Under the pieces are notes generated by a model, which searched no databases, had not been told where the DNA came from, and was given only the letters and a program-made list of their open reading frames with translations. Below are positions 1-15,672 of a stretch of 64,000 nt of DNA, in pieces. Source of the stretch: Eledone cirrhosa. Lineage: Eukaryota. The stretch covers positions 105,834,001 through 105,898,000 of the forward strand of contig OZ024742.1 of NCBI GenBank assembly GCA_964016885.1, given 5' to 3'. Position 1 is the first letter of the stretch; every line of letters starts with the position of its first letter. Position numbers and translations under genes: made by a program.

Positions 1-469
1 TACTAAACATCTCACAATTGTTGATTATTTCGATAATTAATACACAAAGGCAACTTATTCTTCTTTGAAATATGCTCACTCTGTTTTGGTTGGGTCAACC
101 GTCAAGGAATAACTTCCTCCTACCAATCATGATGGTCCAGAAATGGTACCTGTGCATTTAACTTTCTCCTTTAAGCCCCACCACACACATACAAACACAC
201 TCACAAAGATTTAAGAAGTGAAAGTGGACGAGTCAACCTATAATATATGTACTAGCTACAGCATAAGAACAGGTATTACCAGCAGGGAAAGTCTTTGTGG
301 TTTCTCGACCAGTTAAAGTAGCAGCCACATCTCCTTCAAGTCACACCATACTGCAATTTAAAAACAAATGCAAGGACCAAATGGATAATCTAGTCTGAAA
401 ATAGATGAGATTGTCGCGATTGAAATTAAAGATATTCTGCTTCAACAACAACTGATTTGTCAAAATATA

Positions 470-685
470 TAATGGTTTCTTATATAGGCACAAGGCCAGA
501 AATTTTGGGAGGAGGGGAAAGTCGATTAAATCGACCCTAGTGCGTGACTGGTACTTTATTTTATCGACCCTGGAAGGATGAAAGGCAAAGTTAACCTCGG
601 CGGGATTTGAACTCAGATCATAAAGGACCGTAACTCTATGCTGCAAAGCATGGCGTCCGACCCTTTACCGATACTGCCAATCCAT
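470..685 (-). mobile_element. Abundant tRNA-derived SINE (representative copy)
   Basis: Consensus GAGTTCAAATCCCGCCGAGG..TTTGCCTTTCATCC..GGGTCGATAAAATAAAGTACCAG. Further copies near 1920-2075, 3440-3540, 5605-5750, 9640-9860, 16090-16420, 29265-29400, 30880-31035 and 63160-63290. Confidence 0.8.
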
Positions 686-3249
686 ATATAATCTCACACA
701 GAAATATAAGCCTTATAGATAGAATCTTATAGGTAGAATAACACGTTGAGAAGTTGCAGAAGTAAAAATATACTTGCCAGTCCATAACCCTAAACTCTAT
801 GCCTTTGTTCGTGAATACTGAGACTCTGGTCTAACTATTCATCCTCTTCCCATCTTCATAAAAGAAACTTTATGATTCTTGAATTCCTGAACTTCCCAGA
901 AGACAATCCTGTTCAGGAAAAGAAGAACCCTACTTCGTCACTTCCTTTTCCTAACAATTATCTCCCTAGTGACACAAGAAAACAGTTTCCTTTTGCTAGC
1001 CACCAATCCTTTTTTTAAATGTCATGATCCCTATTTTAAACGCCCACTTTATATGTGTTCATAGTTAAGTGTATGTCAATTCGTATGTTGATTTTCAAAA
1101 TGTAAGATTTTTAACAATACAAATTATATCTATTGTGTTAACTTTTTAAATATATGTTAAAACCCTCTAAACCTCTGTTAGTTTCCTAAAGCTGGTTTTG
1201 CTTATTCAAGTGGTATTAGCGCTCGAATGATATATCTCCGCAAAAAAAAAACAGAAATACATGCTGATGTATCGTCAATAGTAGCTTAGTTTCTCATCGT
1301 TCTACCACCGTTTCAGTCATGCCACCCACATACTTCACCTGTTTTATTTTCTAACATACTGCTTCAGAACTGTGTTCCGAAATATATTCTATTCTCCCTT
1401 TTCAGACGGTAGGGATGTGTTCTTTTATCCATCTATGAGAGAAGTCTGTGTTTTAAGGAAATTTTGTTGCTATTTACAGTAGTTCGAGTGGTCACGTAGA
1501 TGGACCATCGTCAACTCATTTTGTTTTCTTTTTTGCTTGGTAGAAACCGCAGAGCACTGGAGTTGATGTAAATAAGTACCAGCAATATAATAAGTACCAG
1601 CAGTAAAATAGATACATGTTTAAACTATGAAAAGTGGTGAATTCTAACATTTCTCTCAGACCAATCACCTGCATGTATTCTATTTTTTGTTCTTATGGTT
1701 TAATTAATCGATCATATCTCAGGCCTAAAGTATGAAACCAATACCAGATTCTCTTATTTCTGAGAACGTGGTCATTTTTATTCAGGTAACAAACCTACTG
1801 CATATAACATATTCCAGTCTCTATTACACATTGAATTCTCTTGAAAATAACTTTCTGTGAAATGAAATTATGAAAACATATTTTGTAATAACCGAATTTT
1901 TGATACTGGCGTAATATCACTAATTTTGGAAGAGGAAACATTTGATTACATGGATCTTACTATTACTTTATTTTTATTGACCCTGGAAGAATCAAGGGTA
2001 AAGTTGATCTCGGTTAGATTTGAATGCCAGGCGTAAAGGGCAGTAACTAAATACCACAAATAGTTTTGATCGTTGCTCGTACTTTTTCAGGCTGTAATAC
2101 ATTAAATTCTATACAAAATGATTTTTTAAAAACAAAATTACAGAATAATTATATTACGTTATATTTGCAATATATTGAATTCTTTTTTAAATGACTTTAT
2201 ATATACAAAAATAATCATGAAATATCCTGTAATATATTAAACTCTACTTGAAATGATTGTTCGTGAAATATGTGCAATCTATAGATTATTAGATTTTATT
2301 TAAATGATTTCATATGAAGAAAAATTATTACATTATTAATTTTATTCTAATCAGGGGAAATGTTTTCCATTATGTGTTTTTACTTATATTTTCTAAAGAC
2401 AAATCCACGAGTCAACGAAAGAGCATCTACATAGTAGTTCGCTTTTCTAGAAACAGCGACCAATTCTTTCTCAGGCCGTCTTAAAACAGAACGAATGAGA
2501 TATGTATCGACAGTCAAACTAGATGATCATGTTTACTGGATCAGATCTGACTTGGGAGATAAACAACAACGTGTACAGCAGCAAGAGAGGCAACAGCAGC
2601 AGCAAATCAATCACTGGACATACAAAACTTTACTCTTAACATTCCATAAGGAAATTGCAGTATTTAAATATTTAAAGTAAAGACTTAAATTTCTAATGCA
2701 GTTATAATATTGTTTTGTACTTTTCAAGAATGTCTTGCCAATGTACTTTCATGTAATACAGAACGATAGGAGTTTACTTACACATTTTTAATTAAAATTT
2801 AAACTAGCTGTGATCAAGATTTGAATTAAAAAACAACTAGAAATGGCATGAATGTCGCAACGCCCAAATCCACCCACTCATTTACTTTTACTGTCCAACA
2901 AAGTCTCCTAAGCTTCTTAATGTCTAATTGGCAAATCATTATTCTTTTTTCTCTTCTAACGCATGACCGGTGTTGTAGATTTCGCGCATTATTCGACGTT
3001 TTAGATACACATCAGTGGTTTTCTAGAATGTTCTGATAATAGTCCTTTGCTCCACCCTACCATCAGATGTCGTGACAAGGGGTTTTTGAGAGACTGTGAG
3101 GTTTTTTTTCTTCATTGTTTTCTCTTTATATTGTCTTTTTCTGTATTTAAATTTTATATTGTGAGTGTTGGGCATATTCTAAACGTATGTTGCCGCATCC
3201 TGGGAGCGAACATCAAAACTGTGGGACAGAGGAAAACATTCTTTGTGCA

Positions 3250-3343
<94 letters not shown>

Positions 3344-3649
3344 TATGTGTATGTGTGTGTGCGTGCGTTTGTGTGTGTGTATGTATGTGTATCTTTGTGT
3401 GTGTGTATCTGAATTCATCGGTGCAAATGTTTGTGACTGTATCAATACTTTGCCTTTCATCCTTACGGGGTCGATAAAATAAAGTACCAGTAATACACTG
3501 GGTATTTGCTGGCCTTGTGCCAAAACTAGAAACGATTATGTGTATATTCTATTTGTGTTTTTGTGGTTTTGTGGTTAAATATGCTTGTAAACACCCTCAT
3601 GCACGCAAACATACAGTGAATACACCACACACAGACACAGACACAGACA

Positions 3650-3766
<117 letters not shown>

Positions 3767-5073
3767 ACAGACAAACAATATAAGTTAATGTAAGGAGACA
3801 TCTAAGTGAACGCCCGTCTCGCTAGAAATAACAGCTAAAAATACCCCGAAATCATAGGGGAGTGTCACGTTGGAAAAGGTGGTTTGGGCAAAATATTTAT
3901 ATCACGTAGTTCCAATTCACTCCTCAGGCAAAAATAAGTTGTATTTGTACTTCAAAGAGCTAACCATGTCACACACTTTGCCACCCCGTATCTTCTTGAG
4001 AATTACGTTAAGAGTACACGTGTCTGTGGAATGCTCGCTCACTTGCACGTTAATTTCACAGGTAGTCTGTCCCGTTGGTTAAACAATTGGAACACTTGTC
4101 ATCGGAATTAACGGCGGTCAAATACACACACACACACATACACACACGTGTGTGTGTATGTGTGTGTGGTACGATAGAAGCGAAAGACCTGTTCCTCACA
4201 TGATAGTCACCCGATTCGACCCATAGGCAGAATCTAAGAAAAAATATGAACAACAAAAAAAACAAACAGTTTTGAAGCTGGGCACAGGTGTGTCTTCTGA
4301 AGGTAGATTAGGGAGGACATTGCAAACTAATGAGTCATATCTAAATTATATTGTGTTACCATTGTCAACAGGTAGTTTACAAATAGGCCAGCCTTGAATG
4401 GGGATATCTATGATTAAAGGGATTCTAGTCGTGACCCCTATTATCTATTTTAAGGCAGAGAGTAATCTGAGCTATATTACCCAATATGTCCTTTCTTATT
4501 TAAGTTGGTAGGATATGATCTGAGGACGATTTCGCTGCTATCTCTCGCAGATCGAAAGACCACGTGCTGATATTATTAGACATTTCTCAGCCCTGTTTGA
4601 ACAGATCAATGCTCAAATGCATTCAAACATGACCTTCCTGTCTCTCTAAAGTATTTTAAGGCATTGCGCATGCTGAACTTTGAAGGTATATGGTAAATGG
4701 GCTTTAACTATTTACGGAGTTGTAGGGGCACCGTCGTGACACATGGAGTGTTTTGGGTTATTTTAAACCTGGCGGAGCTCGTCCCCCCAGTTCTTCATAT
4801 ATCAGAGAGAGAGAGAGAAGGGGGTTGGAAGGTGGTTGACTCCTGTATCGGTCTGGTACTGAATTTATCGAATTCCAAAGGCTAATTTGACCTGAACGGG
4901 TTTTGAACTTGGGGTATAATTAGCTAGAACAAACACCGAAGCATTTTTAATCCGACGCTCAAACCACTCTACCAATTCAGTTAATGAAGTAGCAGTCAAA
5001 TATGCTGTCTATTAAATGACTTATTTGTTGCTCAAAATATTTAGATATCTAATGTTGAGATATTTCTGATGTA

Positions 5074-5270
5074 CGAGGTTTGGCTGAAAGTAGAAAGGCT
5101 GACCAAGATACTCTCATGGAATGACCAAATGAGGTTTACTTTTCAACATAGTCCCTGGAAAGAAACAACGCAGTTAGTAATAAGAAGAGTTGAAATTAAT
5201 TCATGTAATATTTCACAGCTTTAGCATCAATCCTACATAGTCAGTCCATGAATTTTACAGCCGACCCTCG
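5074..5270. mobile_element. Mariner-type MITE
   Basis: TA-CGAGGTTTGGCTGAAAG...TTTTACAGCCGACCCTCG-TA: imperfect TIRs with TA target duplication. Confidence 0.7.
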
Positions 5271-7106
5271 TATATGCTCGCGAATATTTGTAAACAGCGA
5301 GACGTCGGTGTGGATGAATAGGTTATATGTTAAGAAAGCCTGTTTGATATTTGGTAAGGAAAAAAACCTTGCATTCGAAGTCAGGGAGACTATTAGCCGG
5401 CGGTGATCGACAGAAGAGGAATTGAAGATGATAGGGATGATATGGAACCAAATGAAAAGCAAAGCCCATGACAGAACACATAGGACAACTGCAGCGGAAA
5501 ACCTATATTGTGCTAGCAATCCTAACAAGAAATGATTATGGTGATGATGATGATTGAATGAATTATACTTCTGTCTACATATATGCCACCATGCTTGCCT
5601 GTTAGTCATTAGAACGTCGGGTAGAATGTTTTGTTTGTGGTATTCGTTCTGGTTATTTGCGCACTCTGAGTTTAAATCCCGTCCAGGTCAATTTTGCTTT
5701 TCATTCTTTCGAGATCGATAAAAAAGCACTCACCCTACACTGGGGTCGATTCTTCCTCTCTCTCTTTTTCTCACTCTCTCACAATTTCTTTCATGAACAA
5801 AAATGAAATCATCCTTTATTCAATATACAAAATCTTAAAATGTCACTAAAGGCCATTGACATTACATAAAAACAATTGAGCTGTATCTAATAAACACAAA
5901 ATACGGGAAGAGACAAAATAAAGGGAAGGAACCAGGAAGAAGTAAAAAGAAAATGAAAAGGAGAAAAAGCTGCTATGTTGGGACCAGGAGAGAGGATGGA
6001 CTCCGCCAGCTTTAAAATGCCCAAGATTTGCTGTATGTCACTACGGCGTCCCTATGACTCCATCAGGAGTTATTGGACCATAAGTATATGCTTATGTTAT
6101 AAATCATTATTTAGTTCAAGGTGGCAGAAGAAGGTCTATGGTATTTATAATCAAGTCAAGCCGATAATATCGATGCAGCTGGTTTTTAGCGGGAAGCCCA
6201 ACAGGTTAATGGCTACATGGATAAGGTGGATAAAGAAGAATAGCCATCGTTTTGTTGTCATTGTTGTTTTATTTTATGTTTTTGTTTTTATTGTCATTGT
6301 TGTTGTTTAATCCCTAGGCTGAACATACTTTGATCAACGATATTTAACACCTGACCATCCCGCCCATTTTTCAGGTATTGTGTGCCCTGTACCACCTTAT
6401 CCAATGTGTCCTGTTTTAAGAGAGATGTAGCTGCTATTTCTTGCAGGTCGAGTAACCATGTAGACGATCCTTTGTTGGCTATTCTTTTTTTTCTTTTTCT
6501 TTTAGTTGGCGACGGTGAGGAATAGTTATAGCAGCTGCATTGTCCCAGTTGGTAAACACTGCCCTAATATGTGTCATACTTGAGATTTGTAGATAGATGG
6601 TCGTATTTTCTCGTCTATGGTATATTATTTAGGCCATATTGTACATGTGTGGTTGCCTGTAAGTAAGACGAGATGATCATGACTGAACGTCTTTGATCAG
6701 AGCTCTGCACAATCAAGTTTGATCTGGGGCTAAATTACAACATCAATGGCAGATAAACAAAAACATAAACTTATGGATTGACAAACACATAGCTAGCTAG
6801 ATAGACAGAGGGCTAGATAGACACACGCACACTAACAAACAAATATAAATATATGTATGTATGGCACTTAAAAGTGTGAGAGTCCAAAACACAGAAAATA
6901 ACTGTAATAACAGCCGATCACTATAGATAATAGTTGAGAAATTGGGTAAATTACACATAGATGCACACAACTAAGAATGGTTTTCCAAAGAGGCGTGGGA
7001 AGAAACCAGTCAGTTAAATAAAGTAGCCAATACATAAGTAAAGAATGAAACAGTTCTAGTCCTGTAGAAGTCCGTTCTCTCTCTCTCTCCCTCTCTCTCT
7101 CTCTCT

Positions 7107-7432
<326 letters not shown>

Positions 7433-7581
7433 ATATATATATATATATGTTTATCCCGGGTTCAATCGGGGTTAACCACAGTAAGTAAGGTACTCAATAC
7501 ATAGCAGAATGAAACAGTTCTTGTCCTGTATGAGCCATTTCTATATTAAATATATATATGTATATATATATATATATATAA

Positions 7582-7652
<71 letters not shown>

Positions 7653-8019
7653 TGTGTGTGTGTGTGTGCGCGTGTGTGTATGCATGCATACGCGCGTATG
7701 TGTGTAGATAAGGTAGATAGATATCAGATGACCATCACAAAGCGACAAGGTAAAATTTGAAAGCAATGATAATATATTCTGAACAATTTGGAGTTGTTGT
7801 TGCTATTTATTATTTTCTTTTTTCTTCTTTTCATCCTTTGCATGTGGAATGAGATGAACAGTAAAGTGAGATAACCCAGCTTCCGGTCAGCCTGTTTCAA
7901 CCCAGGATTCGCCACACCTTTTATACGAGACGAATGAAACAACATTAAGGCAGGTGTCCGGAAATGGCCCAGTAATTCACCGAGCACCTTCTGCTTACAC
8001 TTATTACCATTTGATGCTG

Positions 8020-8035
8020 GCAGCTGCTGTTGCAG

Positions 8036-8066
<31 letters not shown>

Positions 8067-8140
8067 CAGTGTTGTTGATGCTGCTGTTGTTGTTGTTGTT
8101 ATTGGTGGTGGTGATGGTGGTGTTGGTTTGTAGGTGTCAG

Positions 8141-8207
<67 letters not shown>

Positions 8208-9085
8208 GGTGGTGGTGGTATTGTTGTTGTTGTTATTGTTGTTGTTTTCTGTTTTTTCTATTGTTACTAAGCTTGTTGTTCTTGTTGCCGTTGCCGGCTG
8301 ATGTTGCTGTTGCTGTTGTTGCTGTTATGGGTGCGACGCAGTGATGCTGATGTTGTTGTTGTTGTTGTTGTTGTAGTGGTGGTGGTGATGATGGTGGCGG
8401 TGGTAGTTGTTGTTGGTGCTGTTGTTGTTGTGGTGGTGGTGGTGGTGTTGGTGGCAGTGGTAGTAGTTGTTGGTGCTATTGTTGTTGTTGTGGTGGTGGT
8501 GGTGGTAGTGATAGTGGCGGTGGTAGTAGTTGTTGGTGCTGCTGTTGTTGTTGTTGTTGTGGTGGTGGTGGTAGTAGTTGTTGGTGCTGTTGTTGTTTTT
8601 GTTGTTGTGGTGGTGGTGATGGTGACAGTGGTAGTAGTTGTTAGTGCTGTTGTTGTTGTTGTGGTTGTGGTGGTGATAGTGGCAGTGGTAGTAATTGTTG
8701 TAGTTGTTGTGGTGGTGGTGGTGGTGATGGTGGCAGTGGTAGTAGTTGTTGTTGGTGCTGTTGTTGTAGTTGTTGTTGTGGTGATGGTGGTGATGGTGGC
8801 AGTGGTAGTAGTTGTTGTTGGTGCTGTTGTTGTAGTTGTTGTTGTGGTGGTGGTGGTGATGGTGGCAGTGGTAGTAGTTGTTGTTGGTGCTGTTGTTGTA
8901 GTTGTTGTTGTGGTGGTAGTGACGGTGGCAGTGGTAGCAGTTGTTGGTGCTGCTGTTGTTGTTGTGGTGGTGGTGGTGGCAGTGGTAGTAATTGTTGTAG
9001 TTGTTGTTGTGGTGGTGGTGGTGATGGTGGCAGTGGTAGTAATTGTTGTAGTTGTTGTTGTGGTGGTGGTGGTGGTACTACTGCT
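8020..9085. repeat. Compound (GTT/GGT/GTA)n trinucleotide array with a higher-order period of about 60 bp
   Basis: Recurrent GTGATGGTGGCAGTGGTAGTAGTTGTT..GGTGCT blocks. Confidence 0.9.
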
Positions 9086-9949
9086 GTTGCTGATCATGAT
9101 TATGACGGCTGTGGTCATGATGATGAAAGCACACAGCAGAGAACAACCTAGAAACGTGTATGATCGCTCGATCTGATAAATAGAAGTCAAGCGTCAAATG
9201 GTTGGAAACGATCTCCATCGTTTCAGTTGTTCGAGGAACAGAACAGCCTGCTTCTGAAATTAACGTGTTAGAAGCTGAGTATTCCAGACGCTTGTACCTT
9301 TAACATTATTCCCAGGGAGAATCAACGTGACACTGTGTGTGACAAGGCTTGTCCATCCAATGGACTTTCAAACAGTTTCCATCTATTTAATTTCACTTAC
9401 AAGGCGTAGGTCAACACGAGGCTCGGATTAACGACACTTCGCCAAGTTTCCACGCACTGGGATCGAACTCGGGACCTAATGATTGCAAAACGAACTTCTT
9501 TACCATTCGGCCATCCCCCGTCCACAGGACACATAATAGTGTTTAATTCAATACAGAGGGGTGACAAGGATTCTCTGTGCCCTGGAGCAAATGCATATTT
9601 TGTGTTCCAGTTAACAGTCATTTTATAGACGATAGAAAGGAGGTGGATTGGCAGTATCGGTAGAGCATCGGATTTCATGTTTTGTGGCATAGAGTTACGG
9701 CCCTTTACGTTCTACGTTCAAATCGCGCGTAGTTAGCTTTGCCTTTCATCCTTATGGTCGATAAAACGAATTACAAGTAACGCACAGGGGTCGATTTAAT
9801 CGACTTTCCTCTCGTCTCAAATTGCTGGCCTTGTGCCCCAACCAGAAACCATTATATAGATGATAGAAAAAGCGGTGGATTGTCAGCTCATAAGGCAAAT
9901 TTTTTACAGTATTTGCTTCGGCTCTTTACGTTTTCAGTTCAAACTCCAC

Positions 9950-10027
9950 CAGCTCCCACACACCACTAGCTCCCACACACTACTAGCTCCCACACACTAC
10001 TAGCTCCCACACACTACTAGCTCCCAC
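9950..10027. repeat. Short tandem repeat CTAGCTCCCACACACTA, about 4 copies
   Basis: Seen directly in the sequence. Confidence 0.85.
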
Positions 10028-10473
10028 GCTCAACTAAAGCCCCTCCCTTTAACACTATTGAAACTGAATAAAAATGCCCCCCGAAAACTGTATGAAAAGA
10101 GTTTCTAAAATATATAAAGCTCATGTTAATCAAATGGTCTCTCACGAATCAGTTTGAAACCCTTACACCTAGGGACTCCAATAACAAAATCCCCGTTTAT
10201 AAAGTAGAAAATAGGAGCAGAATGTCTAAGCCGTAAATCCTATTTGTTAACACCCCCGCCTACAGAAAACTATCAATGTAAATATGGACTCTATATACAG
10301 TGAACGTGGAGATTAAGCCAGACAATTGGCCACGGTCGACTATCAAAAGCCAAAAGCAGGTGCATACGTGTATGTATGTGTGTGGGGTATGCATGTATAT
10401 ATATATATATGTATGAGCATGTATGTATGTATGTATGTATATATATACATATATATATACACATACGTATATT

Positions 10474-10530
<57 letters not shown>

Positions 10531-11209
10531 GTATGTATATATACACACATACACACACTTATATTATTTTAAATAACTCAAAACTGGCAATAAATTCAGA
10601 ATTCCCAAGAAAAATGCTTTTTTTTTGTCCAACTAACATAGTTTACTATATTTAAATAGCTTGCTCGGTCAATTGTACCTTTTAAAAATCACCTGCATTT
10701 AAACGATCTTTTTAGGCCACGTAAAAAAAAAGAAAAGAAAAGAAAAAAGTAAAAGAAAACAAAGTATCTACCTTGTTTATTACAATTGCATATGATTCGA
10801 CTCCGCCTCTGCTTTTACTCAGGATTTTAAATGAAAAGAAAGAAAACTTTATTTCCATTGACCGGAAGTGTATCGTGCATTAACTATGCTTTGACACTTG
10901 AACTTTTTCTGACCGAAGTGAGAAAGTACGAGAATTCACAATTGTTAAAAAAAGTATTTTCCTATTTCCACTTTGCTGAGAGAAAAAAAGGTTGAAACGT
11001 GTTATATTTTGGTAAAAGACACTTTGCCAAATAATGGGATGAAGTTGGTGGGCAGTGAGGACAAAAGCCGTGGGAAAAAAAGGACAAAAGTCGTGATTAT
11101 TCGGATTTGTTCCGGTCAAGCTGTCCATACCGGACATAGTTAAGAAGAAGGAGGAGGAGGATATAAACCCCTCCCCCATAACAACAACAACGCCAACAAT
11201 AATAATAAT

Positions 11210-11545
11210 AATTGTTTCTACTTTTGGCACAAGACCAGCAAATATTACTGGTACTTTATTTTATCGACCCCGTTAGGATGAAAGGCAAAGTTAACCTTGA
11301 AGGGATTTGAACTCAGACCGTAAAGGGGCGTAACTATGCTGGAAAGCATGGCGTCCGACACTCCACCGATACTGCCAATGATAATAATAATTGTTTCTAC
11401 TTTTGGCCAGTACATTACTGGTACTTTATTTTATCGACCCCGTAAGGATGAAAGGCAAAGTTAACTTCGGTGGGATTTGAACTCAGATCGTAAAGGGACG
11501 TAACTATTTGCTGCAAAGCATGGCGTCTGATGCTTTACCGATAAT
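11210..11545 (-). mobile_element. Tandem dimer of the same SINE
   Basis: Two consecutive copies of about 175 bp (11210-11382, 11383-11545). Confidence 0.8.
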
Positions 11546-11964
11546 AACACCCAAAACAACAATAACTAAAAAGCGAAGATATATATATATATAAATAATT
11601 GTATAATTATCTTATTAGTTCGAACTATTAGGTGTGAGGTCCATGCTGAAATCAGTATAATATACACAACAATTGGTGCTTAGTATTTGAATTATTGTTG
11701 TTGTTTCCAACGTGTGTTTGATATTATAATCCTAAGTAAATTATATTTGACAGAAAAAGGATGGGATGGTCACAGCTGGAACATTTTTGATAAAAATATT
11801 GTTTGATCTGAGCCGACCGGGACTAAATAAAAAAAACATTGTAAAAATGCTCATAGCTTCACTCATATAATTACACACACGACACGGCGACGACGCGTCC
11901 GCATACAGTTAAAAATGCATGCAAGTATATATATACACACATACACACACACATACACACACAC

Positions 11965-12060
<96 letters not shown>

Positions 12061-12386
12061 ATATATATATATATATATATACAGCAAGTCCCCACCTTAC
12101 GAACATCCTATTTACGAACTTATGGTGCAGATACGAACAGTCGCATTAAGGAAAAAAAAAATGTCTGTTTGAAATTCGCGATTTTTGTGGGCTCCTTCGG
12201 GCCCTGGGTTCCTTCGGGCCCTGGGTTCCTTCGTTTGCAGTATAAAACCATGCTGCAATCGTACCTACGCTATGGGATACAATTCTGTTTTCGTAGAATT
12301 GAAAAAGTAATTATTTTCTTTAACAATTTATTGTCATTAGCTTTACAGTATTTAAATTCATTATTGCATGTTATATATACCTCTAT

Positions 12387-12507
<121 letters not shown>

Positions 12508-12541
12508 GTATATGTATATATATGTTGTAGTTATATATATA

Positions 12542-12630
12542 TATTGTAGTTGCTGTCGTTTTTACTTGTGGTGTTGTTATTGTTGTTGTTATAGTTAGTA
12601 GTAGTAGTAGTAGTAGTGGTTGTGGTTGTC

Positions 12631-12704
<74 letters not shown>

Positions 12705-12882
12705 TGATCGTCTAACACAGTACATACCAATAAGCCCAGATATGTTACCTTGATACGGCAGGTTTCCATATATATATATACTGTATATATATATATATAT
12801 ATATATATATCATTCATATGGAAACCTGCCGTATCAAGGTAACATATCTGGGCTTATTGGTATGTACTGTGTTAGACGATCA

Positions 12883-12962
<80 letters not shown>

Positions 12963-13051
12963 GACAACCACAACCACTACTACTACTACTACTACTAACT
13001 ATAACAACAACAATAACAACACTACAAGTAAAAACGACAGCAACTACAATA
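12542..13051. repeat. Fold-back inverted duplication (arms about 230 bp, (TA)n centre)
   Basis: 12542-12771 is the reverse complement of 12816-13051, including the (TAG)n tract. The ORF track shows the same METCRIKVTY peptide on both strands. Confidence 0.9.
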
Positions 13052-13509
13052 ACATTAACAACAGCAACGCCACTAACATCATCAACAACAACAATTGCAG
13101 CGCCATTATGACAACAACTAATGTTACGGAGAGAATAAGTTGCTTCTATTTTCATGAAACAATTAGATGCGAGGTTAAAGTTGCTAACTTAACCCGAACT
13201 ATAATGAAATAATGGATCAGATAAGTTGTGAGGGAAGTGATAGGTTCTTTCTCTTTCGGCCTTATCGCATGATATATCCATTTGAGCTCGGCTGAAGAAA
13301 TCGACCCAGCGTAACTACATTATCTGTCTCTGCTCACAGATTGTTCTTGAAAGTTCCTAGTGTATTCCCGACCCCTTTTCTTTGATACATGTAACCCACG
13401 TAAATAAAAATATATTTATGTATATGTGTATGTATATATACACACATATACACACACATATATATATAAATAAATGTGTGTGCGTATGTATACAAATACG
13501 CACACATGC

Positions 13510-13542
<33 letters not shown>

Positions 13543-13676
13543 TATATATGTGTGTATGTATATATATATATATAAATATATATATAAATATATATATATA
13601 TATATGTGTGTGTGTATGTATGTATATATATATGTATATGTGTATGTATGTATGTATATATGTGTGTGTGTATGTA

Positions 13677-13724
<48 letters not shown>

Positions 13725-14035
13725 AACATACATATGTGTGCGCGTGCCCATATGCATGTGTATGTATAGACCATATCCTCAGCTCATTAGTAATGAACCA
13801 TTTAACGTATCAAAGTTTAATTGGTAAATTACTTCTAGGAGATTTTGGTATACATTAACATGCATATCCACACACACACACACATATATATATATGTATA
13901 CACACATAAACATATATATATATATATATATACGCCTCCACATATCCGTAGATATATACGTATTATAAATGCATATATTTGTAATGGTCTCATATATTCG
14001 TTCATAAAGAAGAGGAGAGAGGAGAGAGAGAAAAA

Positions 14036-14081
<46 letters not shown>

Positions 14082-14574
14082 TGGGGAGGGAGCCAGAATG
14101 AGAGAGAATGAATGAGAGAGAATGAATGAGAGGCTTTGAGAGATACGAGGCTTTTAATTTAGATGCTTGTCAGAGATAAGTATTGCTTTATTCCTGACAT
14201 TGCGGCCTATTTAGAAGTTAAGGGAATCTTTAAGCGGTCTTTAATTAGTTGAACCTATCAGATGTATACGACCCACAAAGCATGTATTATGTGGCTCAAT
14301 GGATAAGGCGTTTTCTTGAGAACCACCTACTGAAATATGGCTCAACAAGTTGTCTGGGGAAAATGAAAGAATCTTAACTTGGTCATTCAACTTGCCAGAA
14401 ATAGCGGCTTAATCTCATTGAGATTACACTCTGCCCTCATACAGAATTGAGGGACACATTAGATAATGTAGTTCGAAGTAGACTATTCTCAGGGTCGTGG
14501 TGGAACTGTAGATTAGAGCAATGTAATATCTCACTCTAATTATCTCTGTTGTGAAGTCATTATCGGATTATTCT

Positions 14575-14752
14575 TTGATGTTATCCGGAACGTATATGCA
14601 ACGAAGACACTCACATGGCAACTGTAAAAAAAAAAAAAAAAATGAAAAGTGTAAGATGGTATTGTTATGCAACAAGATCTGGTGGACTGATGAAGACCAT
14701 CTTTCTAGGAACAGTTCAGGATAAAAAAAAGAAATGAATGGATAACAGCAAG
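14575..14752 (+). mobile_element. RTE-like LINE C-terminal fragment
   Basis: ATVK...RWY..ATRSGGLMKTIFLGTVQ...WMDN-like motif. Confidence 0.5.
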
Positions 14753-15571
14753 TACAGTACCACCCCTGTCAAACTCCTCACCCGACACTCTTCTCGACTA
14801 AGAGTCCGGCTGCATCGGCGCCTGTCAAGGTGCACGCGACATACACCGCACCAGATAAATGAACCACCACTCGGCAACGGCCCCATCGCTTCTCCATCGA
14901 GTGAGCGAAGAAACTACAGAAGTGACCGTTTTTCATCGATGCAAACGCGCACGGTATCCGACCACGGCTGGACAACAAGACATCCCTTGACCATGGGTCA
15001 GCTAAATACGATTAGGATTAAAATAACAAACAAAATTAAACAAACAAGTAACAACAACACCAACACAGTTTGAGATGACAAACACGATAAATTCATGATG
15101 TTCAGATCTCGAATCCTACGAGTGTTCAGCTTCAACATTTTAATATTCAATAGTTATTTATTTACTTGTTGGTCAATGTCACCAATAATGGTGGCAATAG
15201 CGCTGGACGTATTTAAGTTTTTTAGTCGAGGATTGGTATACCATATATGCCAAGATTATCGGCTATCTGAACAATCATGCTACGAGTTTTGTATGTTGAT
15301 ACATTAATGGTTTACATAAGAGAACACCTATAGTTCATGCCGATTACTGACAAGTGGAAGTGGTTAAAGATAAGAATGATATTTATATATTCATTTCTAA
15401 GACATAATTACATAACTGTTCCTCTATTAAATGTACTAGCGACTTTGGAGAATTAACTATTTACAGGGGAAAATGTAGGGTTAAAACCCAGGATCTTGCG
15501 ATTGGAAAGCCAACTTCTTATTGTAGCAAAATAACTGAGATAGGAAATGCATTGTATGTCTAAATCTTAAA

Positions 15572-15672
<101 letters not shown>

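Noticed and set aside
8267-9190. 307-aa Thr-rich, mucin-like ORF and its poly-Val antisense ORF
   Set aside because: Open only because it is a trinucleotide array. No supporting splice context or non-repetitive domain. A mucin exon cannot be fully excluded without RNA-seq.
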